From the NCBI GenBank assembly GCA_041697335.1, contig JBGUGD010000023.1:1-64000 (forward strand): a stretch of DNA of 64,000 nt, read 5' to 3'. Source of the stretch: Vampirovibrionaceae bacterium NZW_1234. Its GTDB lineage: Bacteria; Cyanobacteriota; Vampirovibrionia; Vampirovibrionales; JAGQHJ01. Below the pieces are notes generated by a model. It made no database searches. It was not told the DNA's origin and saw nothing but the letters and a program-made list of their open reading frames with translations. The translations under genes were made by a program, and so were the position numbers. Of the stretch, positions 10,412-20,579 are shown one piece after another (position 1 is the stretch's first letter; each line of letters opens with the position of its first letter).

Positions 10412-11653
10412 TTGATGTCGTTGGGAGACAAATCAGTGCATGTGGGGTTCGGATTGCCTGCTCCTCGTTTTGAGGTGCGTTTTTCGGCGCGACGGCGCTC
10501 ATCGGAGCACATTGTGCCACGAGTGCCTAAAAATCTTCGAAGGTTGTTTACGCTTTTGCCCAAAACCGAGCAGCATCTGCATCTGTCCGGCTCGGCCCGC
10601 AAGTCCGATATCCGCGTTTTTATGCGGGAAAACGGCATGGGTGAAGAAGCTATCGAGCAGGATATGAAGCTCTTGAAGTCGTCATATGTGGATTTGACGG
10701 ATTATCTCAAGACCTATTACCGGGTCCCCCGGCATGTGATGACGCCGTCACAGTTTAAGCGGGCAACAATCGGCATCGTTAAAGATGCGGCTCGGGAGAA
10801 TGTGCGCATATTGGAGCTTCGTACCAGCATTCTCAATAAGAAGGGCACCCCGGAGGCCATTGTCCAGGCTGTGGAAGAGGGGCTCAGAGAGGGCATGGCC
10901 TGGGTGAAAAAGCGAAAAGGCTATGAGATGAAAACCGCGCTGATTATTCTTGCTCAGCGTGCAGGCTCTCCCGAGGAGTCTCTGGCGCATGCGAAGCTGG
11001 CGGTGCAATTGGCCCAGCGCCCCAACTCTCTAATACGAGGGTTTGATATAGCCGGGGACGAGATTTTGCATGCGCTGGACACCCATGCCGAGGCCATTTC
11101 TTATGTAAAGACCCATGGGCCTGCGGCAGGCGTGCAGTTGACGATTCATGCAGGAGAGGTGCCGGTGTCTGAAAATGTGAGCGGCCTGGACTCCATCCGC
11201 CGGGCCTTGGCTCTTGGGGCCGATCGCTTGGGTCATGGCATTCAGGCACATCTCGATGCCGACGTCAGGGCCTTTCTGAAGAAGACCCAGAAGCCCCTGG
11301 AACTCTGCCCATGGACCAATGTCATGCTCAAGTGCGTGCCTCATTACAAAGCCCACCCGGTCAAGGATTTCCTGGAAGACGGCTTAAATGTCAATTTGAA
11401 TACCGACAATCGTTTGGTCTCTAAAATCACCTTGACCCGGCAGCTCTGTCAGTTATGGCAGCACGGGCTGGTGACGAAATGGGATCATGTAAAAACGCTG
11501 ATTTTAAATGGGGTCCGAAGTTCCTTTATTGCTGAACCTGAGCGAAAACAAGTGGAACAGGAGGTTCAGCAGGCATTAAGCAGACTCAAGAGACGTTTTG
11601 AGAAAACCATTGCGCGCTACCTGCCCGCAGCACAGAGTACCAAAGAGGCCTAG
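10412..11653 (+). CDS. Adenosine deaminase-family protein with N-terminal extension
   Basis: LPKTEQHLHLSGS, GFDIAGDE, TIHAGE, RLGHG, ELCP, NTDN. Confidence 0.88.
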   Translation: MMSLGDKSVHVGFGLPAPRFEVRFSARRRSSEHIVPRVPKNLRRLFTLLPKTEQHLHLSGSARKSDIRVFMRENGMGEEAIEQDMKLLKSSYVDLTDYLKTYYRVPRHVMTPSQFKRATIGIVKDAARENVRILELRTSILNKKGTPEAIVQAVEEGLREGMAWVKKRKGYEMKTALIILAQRAGSPEESLAHAKLAVQLAQRPNSLIRGFDIAGDEILHALDTHAEAISYVKTHGPAAGVQLTIHAGEVPVSENVSGLDSIRRALALGADRLGHGIQAHLDADVRAFLKKTQKPLELCPWTNVMLKCVPHYKAHPVKDFLEDGLNVNLNTDNRLVSKITLTRQLCQLWQHGLVTKWDHVKTLILNGVRSSFIAEPERKQVEQEVQQALSRLKRRFEKTIARYLPAAQSTKEA

Positions 11654-14094
11654 CCCGCACTGACGACTTGAAACGTTGCTTCAGTCTTGCTGAAGATGGC
11701 CTCATGCAGCTCGGGGTAGTGGGTCAGGTCACTGTTGTCATCAATGAGGCTGAAGGCAGCTTCCCGAGCCATTTCCAGAATGCCCTGGTCCTTGATGAGA
11801 TCCGCCAGCACCAAATCCGGTAGACCACTCTGTCTGGTTCCGAGAAATTCGCCAGGGCCTCGGATTTCCAGATCTTTCTCCGAAATCTCGAAGCCGTCTG
11901 TGGACTCAACCAGAATCTGAAGGCGATTGAGGGATTCTTCAGCACGGGAATCTGTCAGAAGCAAACAATAGGATTGGTGTGCTCCTCGGCCAACCCGTCC
12001 CCGGAGCTGGTGAAGCTGTGCCAAGCCAAAGCGATGGGCGCTGTCGATAAGCATCACCGTGGCGTTGGGGACATCCACACCGACTTCAATGACCGTGGTG
12101 CTGACCAGAATTTGCAAATTGCCGGTGCTAAAGGCCCGCATCACGTCATCTTTTTCGTCAGACCGCATTTTTCCGTGCAACAGCCCCATGCTGAATTCGG
12201 CAAATACCTCTTCCCGAAGGCGTTCATACTCCGCAGTGGCTGCTTTGGCTGCCAGGTTCTCGGATTCTTCAATCAGGGGGAAAACAATATAGGCCTGGCG
12301 CCCTTTGGTTATCTCTTGACGGATGAGTTGATAGGCCTGCTCCCGCTCGTTCTTGCCGGTGAACAGCCCGGTACGAATTGGGGTTCGGCCCGGCGGCAAT
12401 TCGTCCAGAACAGATACATCCAAATCCCCGTGCAGGGTCATCGCCAGTGTGCGCGGGATGGGAGTCGCTGTCATGGTCAGCATTTCGGGGCTTTCCCCTT
12501 TGTTCTTCAGCAAGACCCTTTGTCGTACCCCAAAGCGGTGTTGTTCGTCCACTACCACGGCGCCCAGGCGATCAAACTCGACACCCTCCTGAATCAGGGC
12601 GTGGGTCCCCACGGCAATGTGGATCTGGCCATTCAGCAATCCCTGGCGAGCTTCCCGGCGCTCTTTGGCCTTGGCTTTGCCGACAAAAAGACCTACTTTG
12701 AGGCCCAAGGGAGTGAGCCACTGGATAAAATTCCGGTAGTGCTGCTCGGCCAAAATTTCCGTTGGGGCCATTAGCGCACCCTGGTAGCCATTTTCCACGG
12801 CAATCAGTAAGGTGAGAATGGCAATCATGGTTTTTCCACTCCCAACGTCCCCTTGTAACAGGCGATACATTGGCTTGGGATCGGCCATATCGGCTTTGAT
12901 TTCTTTAAGCACACGTGTTTGTGCGCCGGTCAAGGCAAAGGGCAATTGACTGAGAAACCGGTCGACAATACCACCCGCCTGAGTTTCCAGAGAGAGACCT
13001 TTGACACTGCGCTTGTATTGGCTTCGGATCAACCCCAGACGGACCTGGATATAAAATAACTCATCAAAGACCAGGCGTTTCCGGGCGGCATCATAATGAT
13101 AGGTGGTTTCGGGAAAGTGCACCTGCTCCAGGGCCGTTTGCAGATCGACCAGCTGGTATTTTTGCCGGATGGCCAGAGGCAAGGGGTCAGCGATGGATTC
13201 CAGGTAGGTATTCAAGGCTTCCCGGATGGCCCGTCGGAGGATTCGAAGGTTCAAGCCCATCACCACCGGGTAAACCGGTACAATGCGTCCGGCGTTCACG
13301 GAGTTGAAGGCTGCTTCCTCAGGATCATCGCTGCTATAACTCAAAATCTCGACTTCCGGACGATCCATGGCAAATTTGTTCTTGTAGCTGTCGATTTTGA
13401 CTTTACCGGACAGCATAATTTCGGCCCCTCGTGTGAAGCGGCCTTTGAAGGATTCCAGCATGGCCCGATTGGCTTTGCCATAGATCCAGTTGGCCACCAT
13501 CGAGCCGGTTTCGTCTTTGACCGTGACCGAGACAATGGAAATATTCTTGTTTTTGGCATTGTAGGCATTGACCGCTTGCACGGTGCCAATAATGGAGGCA
13601 TAAGCCCCTTCTTGCAGGTCCCGGATTTTAAGGCGGTTGTTGTAGTCAATGTGCTTGCGAGGGAAATAATAAAGCAGGTCTTCGACAGTATAAATATTGG
13701 CGTGGTTCAAAATCGAAGCTAATTTGGGGCCAACCCCTTTGACATACTTGACTTCAACCGATGCCGGGGACTGATCGACGGGACGATTCGTAACAGTACG
13801 GGGGCGTTGGATGGCTTTAGTCAGTGAAAGCCCATCCAGCAGAAGTCCAATTCGATCCAGCAGGCGCATCCGCCCGGTCAGATCCATGTAGTGGTACTGG
13901 CGGATATGGGTAAACAAGGTCCCCAAGTGATCATCGTCCTCGAAAAACGGGGTCAGGATCGCCATGGTTTCGTGCAAGTATTGGGAAAACCGCTTTCGCT
14001 TTCCCTGCAAGTCGATGTAACGATGCTGCTTCTCCAGATTCATGGCCTGACGCAGATCGCTCAACTTGAGTCTTGCCTCGTCCAGGGGTATCAT
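11650..14094 (-). CDS. recG: ATP-dependent DNA helicase RecG (long N-terminus)
   Basis: RLLQGDVGSGKT, MAPTEILAEQH, DEQHRFG, TATPIPRTL, QLHQLRGRVGRG; start chosen at ATG 14094. Confidence 0.97.
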   Translation of the reverse strand: MIPLDEARLKLSDLRQAMNLEKQHRYIDLQGKRKRFSQYLHETMAILTPFFEDDDHLGTLFTHIRQYHYMDLTGRMRLLDRIGLLLDGLSLTKAIQRPRTVTNRPVDQSPASVEVKYVKGVGPKLASILNHANIYTVEDLLYYFPRKHIDYNNRLKIRDLQEGAYASIIGTVQAVNAYNAKNKNISIVSVTVKDETGSMVANWIYGKANRAMLESFKGRFTRGAEIMLSGKVKIDSYKNKFAMDRPEVEILSYSSDDPEEAAFNSVNAGRIVPVYPVVMGLNLRILRRAIREALNTYLESIADPLPLAIRQKYQLVDLQTALEQVHFPETTYHYDAARKRLVFDELFYIQVRLGLIRSQYKRSVKGLSLETQAGGIVDRFLSQLPFALTGAQTRVLKEIKADMADPKPMYRLLQGDVGSGKTMIAILTLLIAVENGYQGALMAPTEILAEQHYRNFIQWLTPLGLKVGLFVGKAKAKERREARQGLLNGQIHIAVGTHALIQEGVEFDRLGAVVVDEQHRFGVRQRVLLKNKGESPEMLTMTATPIPRTLAMTLHGDLDVSVLDELPPGRTPIRTGLFTGKNEREQAYQLIRQEITKGRQAYIVFPLIEESENLAAKAATAEYERLREEVFAEFSMGLLHGKMRSDEKDDVMRAFSTGNLQILVSTTVIEVGVDVPNATVMLIDSAHRFGLAQLHQLRGRVGRGAHQSYCLLLTDSRAEESLNRLQILVESTDGFEISEKDLEIRGPGEFLGTRQSGLPDLVLADLIKDQGILEMAREAAFSLIDDNSDLTHYPELHEAIFSKTEATFQVVSAG

Positions 14095-14185
14095 AGGGTG
14101 TCCACAAACCTCTTTCAATTTATCCCCTATAATATTAGGATAACGTGAAAGAAACCAAAAGACCGTTTGTTCTGGGAGAGAAAGT

Positions 14186-15070
14186 ATGAAGCAGTGGAAT
14201 TTATCTTTATTGACGGCCTGTTTGGCAATGACCGTTGGGTTGTCCGCACCGGCTCTGGCTGCGGATAAAACGGAAGCAGATATTGCTTATCATAAGGGAC
14301 AAGAGGCTTATAATCAGGGGCGTCTGGATGAAGCCCTGGTCTTTTTTAATCAGGCAACGTCCCTGAACCCCAATTATGCTGATGCTTACTTTAATCAGGG
14401 TGCCATTTACTACAACCGCCAGAATTATTCCAAAGCACTGACCTCCTTTACAAAGCTGTTGCAGTTGGATCCAAATGACCAGGCTGCTCGTTATGAGCTG
14501 GCCCGGGTGTATGAGAAGTTGGGTCGTAAAGATGAAGCCATTGCTGCTTTTGAGATGATTTCTCCGACCTCGTCCCGCTACAAGAAAGCGCAAGAGAATA
14601 TTGCCCGGTTGAACCGCCCTGCTCCTCAACAACAAGCGGAGAATCCCTATTCTGATCCGGCATCGGAACCGGAAAAAAACTCGAAAACAGGGGTGGCTGT
14701 CTCAAAAGAATTTATTACCGGTTTCTTCGGCCCCACTGGGGTTGCCGTGGATGAAGATGGGACGGTCTATGTGGCCAACTTCTCCAAAAACAACATCTAT
14801 AAGGTCATGCCCAATGGAGACAAGAAAATTCTCGCTTCGGGTGAGGGGATTAATGGTCCTGTCGGGCTCGTGTTGGATCAAAAAACAGGGGACCTTTATA
14901 TTGCCAATCACTTGGACAACACGATTGCCCGTATCAATCGGGCTGGTAAAGTCTCAGTGGTCGCAACCGATCTGAAGAAGCCCTATAACTTATTTCTGGA
15001 CCAGTCCCGTCGGACCCTGTATGTTTCTGAGCAAGAGACAAACTCGGTGTCTCGCATCAAGTTAAATTAA
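14186..15070 (+). CDS. Exported TPR + NHL-repeat (beta-propeller) protein
   Basis: Sec signal ending ALA; TPR repeats (AYFNQGAIYY, ARYELARVY); NHL blades GPTGVAVD and GPVGLVLD. Confidence 0.85.
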   Translation: MKQWNLSLLTACLAMTVGLSAPALAADKTEADIAYHKGQEAYNQGRLDEALVFFNQATSLNPNYADAYFNQGAIYYNRQNYSKALTSFTKLLQLDPNDQAARYELARVYEKLGRKDEAIAAFEMISPTSSRYKKAQENIARLNRPAPQQQAENPYSDPASEPEKNSKTGVAVSKEFITGFFGPTGVAVDEDGTVYVANFSKNNIYKVMPNGDKKILASGEGINGPVGLVLDQKTGDLYIANHLDNTIARINRAGKVSVVATDLKKPYNLFLDQSRRTLYVSEQETNSVSRIKLN

Positions 15071-15121
15071 GCCACATCCAAGAGTCGGGTTATATCCAGC
15101 AGTGGAGGACTGAATTCGACG

Positions 15122-15961
15122 TTAGAGTTCTTTTGGCTTTTTACGAATTGGGCCAAAGAATTTGCCGATCTCGACCACCAGCCCCGAATTTCCGGACCGC
15201 TGGTTGTTGGGAATTCGCCATCCGCCTACCAGAATCAAATCGTGCTTGTGATTATGATAAACGAGTCCGGCAATCGCACCGGCAAAGGCGTGGGTGCCGG
15301 AGTAATATTCCAGAACGGCCTGTAAACTTGGCGTTATCGGATGTTCAATGGCACCCATAAACGATACGACATCCCGCTCGAAGATCTGATGAGTCCCGGC
15401 ATTGATTCCTGCGGAAAGGCGGGTTCGAAGCTTGGGAAAGCGCCCACTGAAATGGGTATATCCGTAACTTCCCACACCTCGCCCCTGCTTTGATAGGGGA
15501 AGCATATAGCCGGTGGTCAGCTTTAACTCTCGTGCCGGAAAGCGTTTGTTGAAGACGGGGAAGACAGATTTGAACCCATAGGCCACTGTCAGGTTGTCGG
15601 TTTTAGGAAGTCCGGCATTAAAACTGGTAATGGCTAACTCGGTGTTGTTGCTCAGGCCATAGGTGAAAAAATTGGTCGTTTTCCATTCGGAATCCTGGTT
15701 TCCTGAGCGTAGAAAGGATTCATTCAGGATAAAATAGCGGTCTTTTGGGGTCAGATCGGCGGAGGGCATATTGATAATGGTTTGCTGAGCCTGGGTTGTA
15801 TGGTTTAGCATTCCCATAAGGCACATAAATACAAGGCCCACATATATTGTCCTCAATCGGAGGAATGTATGTCGTTTTGGGGGGCTTGGCTTGGGAGTTG
15901 GTTTTTTCAAAAGCGGTACGTCTCCATCAGTATTGCGGCGGGCTTTTATGGGCTCATTCAT
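15122..15961 (-). CDS. Hypothetical exported protein, possible outer-membrane beta-barrel
   Basis: Hydrophobic segment ending AQA-like; amphipathic strands; C-terminal GLVVEIGKFF. Confidence 0.6.
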   Translation of the reverse strand: MNEPIKARRNTDGDVPLLKKPTPKPSPPKRHTFLRLRTIYVGLVFMCLMGMLNHTTQAQQTIINMPSADLTPKDRYFILNESFLRSGNQDSEWKTTNFFTYGLSNNTELAITSFNAGLPKTDNLTVAYGFKSVFPVFNKRFPARELKLTTGYMLPLSKQGRGVGSYGYTHFSGRFPKLRTRLSAGINAGTHQIFERDVVSFMGAIEHPITPSLQAVLEYYSGTHAFAGAIAGLVYHNHKHDLILVGGWRIPNNQRSGNSGLVVEIGKFFGPIRKKPKEL

Positions 15962-16190
15962 AGAGGATTGGTTCCAAAAGTTCCGGTTTTCGATTCCAAC
16001 CCGATGACTTAATCATTACCATGCATTCAGTAGTAAAGACATCACTACTCAGAATGGGTCCCTCGGATGGAATCTCCATTAGAATACAGCGTGGTTTTTT
16101 ACATTCTTTCGCGCGCACACGATTTTCTTGAGGGGGTTTATTAAACTGTGCTCGTTTTTTATGCCTTGATGAATGTGTTAGGAGACTGTC

Positions 16191-16568
16191 ATGCAAATTA
16201 CGTTTGGTGCGAATCCCCGGCCTTTGTCGAAGAAACCTGAAGACATCGTTCGCAGTAAGGTGGAAGATGGAATTGCCATGGACTATATGCTGAATTTCGG
16301 TTCTGAACCTAACGATGAGATGGTACGGACCATTTCTGATGCTGCTCAGGATGCGCTGGATTTGACCAAACAGGAGCGTCGCCAGTTCCCAGTGCTCAGT
16401 ACCGATTGGATCAAGCGCTTTTTGAGCAATACCCAGCGCTTTCTGATTCAGCGTGTCACGGGTGAACAGCAGCCGCCGGTTACCCCTGAGGATGATGAAA
16501 AACAGGCCCTTCGGGCAGACGTTGTTCTGAGCCATGTGCGCCAGGATGAACCTCAGTTTTTCAACTAA
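16191..16568 (+). CDS. Hypothetical protein, 125 aa
   Basis: AGGAG RBS; starts MQITFG. Confidence 0.7.
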   Translation: MQITFGANPRPLSKKPEDIVRSKVEDGIAMDYMLNFGSEPNDEMVRTISDAAQDALDLTKQERRQFPVLSTDWIKRFLSNTQRFLIQRVTGEQQPPVTPEDDEKQALRADVVLSHVRQDEPQFFN

Positions 16569-16794
16569 TCGCACGAGCCTGGAACGATGGAGCGTCTTGG
16601 GCCATCGATAAAGCTTTCATCGTGTTTGCGTGCGTCAGTTGTTTTTCTTCAATGGCTTTTATCCGCTTATGTCATTATTTTTACTGATTTTTGATTCTAA
16701 ACGATTCCTCAGGAGGCTAAGCCGATGAATGCGTTATGGACGTGCTTAGAAATTTAACGTGAGCTTTATGCATACGAGTGCCGCATAGACATTT

Positions 16795-18891
16795 TCAAAC
16801 ACTCGTAACAGCCGCTTTAACATGGGTGGGCAATGTAAACGTGAAGGTGGTTCCCTCATCTTTGATACTCTTCACGCTAATTGTTCCACCATGAAGCTCT
16901 ACTAACTTTTTAGTCAGCGCCAAACCCAGACCGGTTCCTTGTATGGCACGCGAATGGGAAGTATCTATCTGGTAGAACTCCTGAAAGAGTTGTGACAGTT
17001 TGTCTTCCGGAATTCCAATGCCAGTATCTTCCACTTGGCAAACCACATTCTGTTGATCAGGGGTTTTAAAGAAACGAATGTTCACCATGCCGTTAACTTT
17101 GTTGAATTTTACAGCATTGCTGATGAGATTGAGCAGGATTTGCCGTAACCGGGCAGGATCAGCTTCCATACCATCTAAATCAGGTGGAATGCTAAATGAA
17201 AGCTGGATGTTTTTATCCTTACCAAGCTGAGAAACCACACTCTCAACATCCATAATCAGGGGACATAACTCCAGAAATTGCGGTTTTAGAGATAATTTGC
17301 CGGCTTCAATTTTTGATAGGTCAAGAATATCGTTAATCATTTCCAGCAGATGGGCACCACAGAGAGAAACATTGTGAACATAATGTTTTTGCTTTTCCGT
17401 TAATGTTCCCCCATACCCGGACTCTAACATATCGGTATATCCAACAATGGCGTTGAGCGGGGTGCGCAACTCATGTGACATAATCGAAAAAAACAGGTTT
17501 CTTTTTTGACTTGCCGTCTCTGCAAATTCTGCTTTGTCCCGGGCTTCTTTAATTTGGGATTCCAGGCGCATGCGATCCGTGAGATCCCGCACAATCTTTG
17601 CGTAACCAAGCAGCTCTCCCGTTTTATTGCGTATAGCCGTTGTATTCACCAAGGCCCAAAAAGAGAGCCCATCCTTTCTTACTCGCCAGCCTTTATCTTC
17701 AAAATGTCCTTCTTCTTGAGCGCGTTTTAACTCGGTATGGTAGGTGTTGAGAAAGGTATCCCTATCCGAGTAGAACTGCTGAATCGATTGCCCGATAATC
17801 TCTGAACCGCTATAGCCGAACATTCGTTGTGCCCCCTGGTTCCAGGTGGCAACTTTTCCTTCCGAATCCAGCATAAAAATGGCGTAATCCTTGACGTTAT
17901 CGACCATCAGTTGAAAGCGTTGCTCACTGGTACGGAGTGATTCTTCCACCTTTTTTCGTCTGGCCATCTCTAAAAGTATCGTGTCACGAGACCTCAGTGT
18001 TTGATCATGGAAATAAAGTGTTCGTAACGAAACAGTCGTTGAAGCAACGGCAAAAAGTATGATGGCATATTCCATCATGGCAGTAAATTTATCCGTTTCT
18101 GCAGCTTGAAAGGATGTAAGCGGATTCACAAACGTTTGGTAATACGAAACGAGAGCAAGCCCACCGATAATGATGCTGCTACCAACCAATAAACTGACTA
18201 AAGACAAGAGTCGAATCTGCTTGAATTTAGATGTGCAGGGAGATAACAACCCTTGATAGGGAAGGCTGCCAAGCAGTAGGGAAAGCCCCAGTAAAAGAAA
18301 AGCTATGCTTTCGGGAATTGCTTGAGTGAAATTATGCAGGCTTTCCACCTGCAGGAGATGCCCAAAAAGAGCAAAAATACTTACGTCCAATAAAAAAAGC
18401 CCCAAAATACCTATGAGGATAGTTCTCTCTTGAAAATCCCGTTGATGATGACGCTTTTGAAGGATTAAAAGACCTGCTGTAGAAATTAAAATATTAATCA
18501 TACTCAAGAAAGCCGGCGGCACTTGAGGATAATCAATAATAAACGGCGCGATAATATTAAAGTCTGCAACAATCCAATATTGTATCAGCCAATAAATACT
18601 GATTCCAAAAGAAAGCAGGAGACTCAGAGGTAAAACTACTGTCCGAGAAGCGGAATGGGAAGCCGTTTTATCTCGAAAAACCAGGAAGCTGGAAATGCCA
18701 AGGCCTATTAAGGCAAAAATAACAGGCAGCGTAATTTCGGGGTGGTTTATGGATGAAAAGCTGTTCAGGATATGAATATTAAAAAGATGTCCTATTAAGC
18801 CTAAGCCGCCAATAACTACAACCAGACTACCCAATAAAATTGCAAGGTCAGAGGAAAAGGTTCGCCTAGACTCAGGTTTTAACGGTTTCAT
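16795..18891 (-). CDS. Multi-TM PAS sensor histidine kinase
   Basis: About 7 TM segments; PAS (DYAIFMLD...WNQGAQRMFGY); [29 protein letters not shown]. Confidence 0.93.
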   Translation of the reverse strand: MKPLKPESRRTFSSDLAILLGSLVVVIGGLGLIGHLFNIHILNSFSSINHPEITLPVIFALIGLGISSFLVFRDKTASHSASRTVVLPLSLLLSFGISIYWLIQYWIVADFNIIAPFIIDYPQVPPAFLSMINILISTAGLLILQKRHHQRDFQERTILIGILGLFLLDVSIFALFGHLLQVESLHNFTQAIPESIAFLLLGLSLLLGSLPYQGLLSPCTSKFKQIRLLSLVSLLVGSSIIIGGLALVSYYQTFVNPLTSFQAAETDKFTAMMEYAIILFAVASTTVSLRTLYFHDQTLRSRDTILLEMARRKKVEESLRTSEQRFQLMVDNVKDYAIFMLDSEGKVATWNQGAQRMFGYSGSEIIGQSIQQFYSDRDTFLNTYHTELKRAQEEGHFEDKGWRVRKDGLSFWALVNTTAIRNKTGELLGYAKIVRDLTDRMRLESQIKEARDKAEFAETASQKRNLFFSIMSHELRTPLNAIVGYTDMLESGYGGTLTEKQKHYVHNVSLCGAHLLEMINDILDLSKIEAGKLSLKPQFLELCPLIMDVESVVSQLGKDKNIQLSFSIPPDLDGMEADPARLRQILLNLISNAVKFNKVNGMVNIRFFKTPDQQNVVCQVEDTGIGIPEDKLSQLFQEFYQIDTSHSRAIQGTGLGLALTKKLVELHGGTISVKSIKDEGTTFTFTLPTHVKAAVTSV

Positions 18892-19278
18892 CGCTGTTCT
18901 CTGGATTACTGAATAACTCTCTTGAATTATAGAGGACTAATCCTTTTGGTCAATAGGACAGGTGATAGAATGTTTTGCATGAATTGCTCAGAAGCCTTTT
19001 CGGATCCTGTGAGCCTGATGTGATTCTAATCGTTAACTCTGGCGGGGTTGATGACGCGTAGTTCCTTGGAGTTATCCTGGTTTTGATTCGAATTTTCAGT
19101 AGGGTGATAACTGAGGGTATTGCCAATTGTTCAGCATTGCGAAAGTGTAATGTTTTCTATCTAGCTAGAGGGATTTTCTGACTGCATTGGTCTTGATCAA
19201 TCGTTTGACTTTCAAAAAAACAACCGTTCCGAGGAAGCAGGGCGGCTGTCAGTGAGACTTAAAAAACGATGTCGCCGA

Positions 19279-19725
19279 TTATGGCATAACCATGTAATAG
19301 CCTTCTTTTTCAAAGTCCGATCGGCGGGCAATGTGGGCTGCATTTTTTCCGGGAAAGGCAGTAATCAGGGATAACACATCTTTTCCGTTAATCTCACCCA
19401 CTTTTGCAGTGACAACAGAAATATAATTTGTTCTTTCGCTTTGTTCGCCCCGTTTTACGCGAACATTGTCACCGCGACCCAGGTGAACGATTTCCAAGGC
19501 TTCCAATGCGTCACGATCGGTTGTATGTTTGACATTATTCCAGCCAAGTTTTGTGATCAGTACTGACTTCATTGGGGGCATTGTTTTCCAGCGTGTTTAA
19601 AATCGCTGACTTAATCAAGGGAGGTTATTGTCGAATTTGGATCCCGGTGTGATCGCATCTACATGGCAGTTCAGCCTGTGTTAGATACCACTGTCGGTCA
19701 AAGCCAGAAAACAGTAATGGGGCAT
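19279..19725 (-). pseudogene. Probable degraded gene; last segment is the 100-aa ORF 19279-19581
   Basis: ATG at 19725 overlaps the MOSC stop (TAATG); one in-frame stop and two frame changes link protein-like segments. Confidence 0.4.
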
Positions 19726-20384
19726 TAAAGTTCGGAATAGATTTTAGCCAATTGTTTCTCGAATTTCCTGTGCCACTCCGGAGGTAGAGCATTGAGTGTC
19801 AGCATTTTTTCCAGTGTGGCTCTATCGTTCTTGTCCTGGGTGTGGAGACGGGTAATCTCGGAGATGGGGAGAGATTCAGCATCATGATAAATACAGACCA
19901 TCTGAGCGCCTGTGTGGACCATGCCCGGAGACAGCACTTTAAAATAAATTCCCAGGCGCCCTGAATCCAGAAAACGCTTAATCAAACCGGCATCGTCCAT
20001 ATGTTTCCCAAGAACCCAGCAGGGTTGGCGAGGCTCTGTAGCCTGAATAACAGCTTCTCCCACCCGGAATTGATCGCCAATATGGACCTTGGACTCATCG
20101 AAGTCCCACGTAGTGAGATTCTCACCGAAAGCCCCATAGGCTAGTTCGGGGCGGTTCAGGTCATGTCGCCAAAAGTCGTAATGCTCTCCTGCGTAAGTGT
20201 AAATGGCTTTAAATTCCCCGCCATGATGTTTTTTATCGGCAATGGAATCGCCCTCAAGGCCGTTGAACGTAATCATCAGCGGGCTATCCACAGGCTGTTT
20301 ATTGATGCCACTGAGGACAGGTTCCCCATGGCGCCAGCCAACGGTTTCCAGGGTAACGCGTCGGTTTACGGAGATAATCTTCAT
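19725..20384 (-). CDS. MOSC domain protein (YiiM-like) with 3-alpha tail
   Basis: HHGG, GAFGENLT, IGDQFRVG, PRQPC, GIYFKVL; start MKIISVN. Confidence 0.9.
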   Translation of the reverse strand: MKIISVNRRVTLETVGWRHGEPVLSGINKQPVDSPLMITFNGLEGDSIADKKHHGGEFKAIYTYAGEHYDFWRHDLNRPELAYGAFGENLTTWDFDESKVHIGDQFRVGEAVIQATEPRQPCWVLGKHMDDAGLIKRFLDSGRLGIYFKVLSPGMVHTGAQMVCIYHDAESLPISEITRLHTQDKNDRATLEKMLTLNALPPEWHRKFEKQLAKIYSEL

Positions 20385-20579
20385 AATGGGGGTATTAAAC
20401 CAGAATTTCAGGGTGTTGACTATGGTCGACAAGAGAAACTCATGAGGCGGGAAGAAAGAGAATCCGGAAATTGTAACGCCTCTGTTATAAACGATTGTCG
20501 CTGGGCAATCGCAGTGGTAACGTTAGGACTTCGTGGACATTGTTCTGATTTTTTATTCATTGGGAGAGGTATATTGCGT

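Noticed and set aside
15954..16574. 206-aa minus-strand ORF
   Set aside because: Antisense to the 16191 ORF, which has a strong RBS; the composition is not protein-like.
20163..20579. 139-aa N-terminal extension of the NadD-like ORF
   Set aside because: Overlaps the MOSC gene antisense; a better start with RBS lies at 20580.
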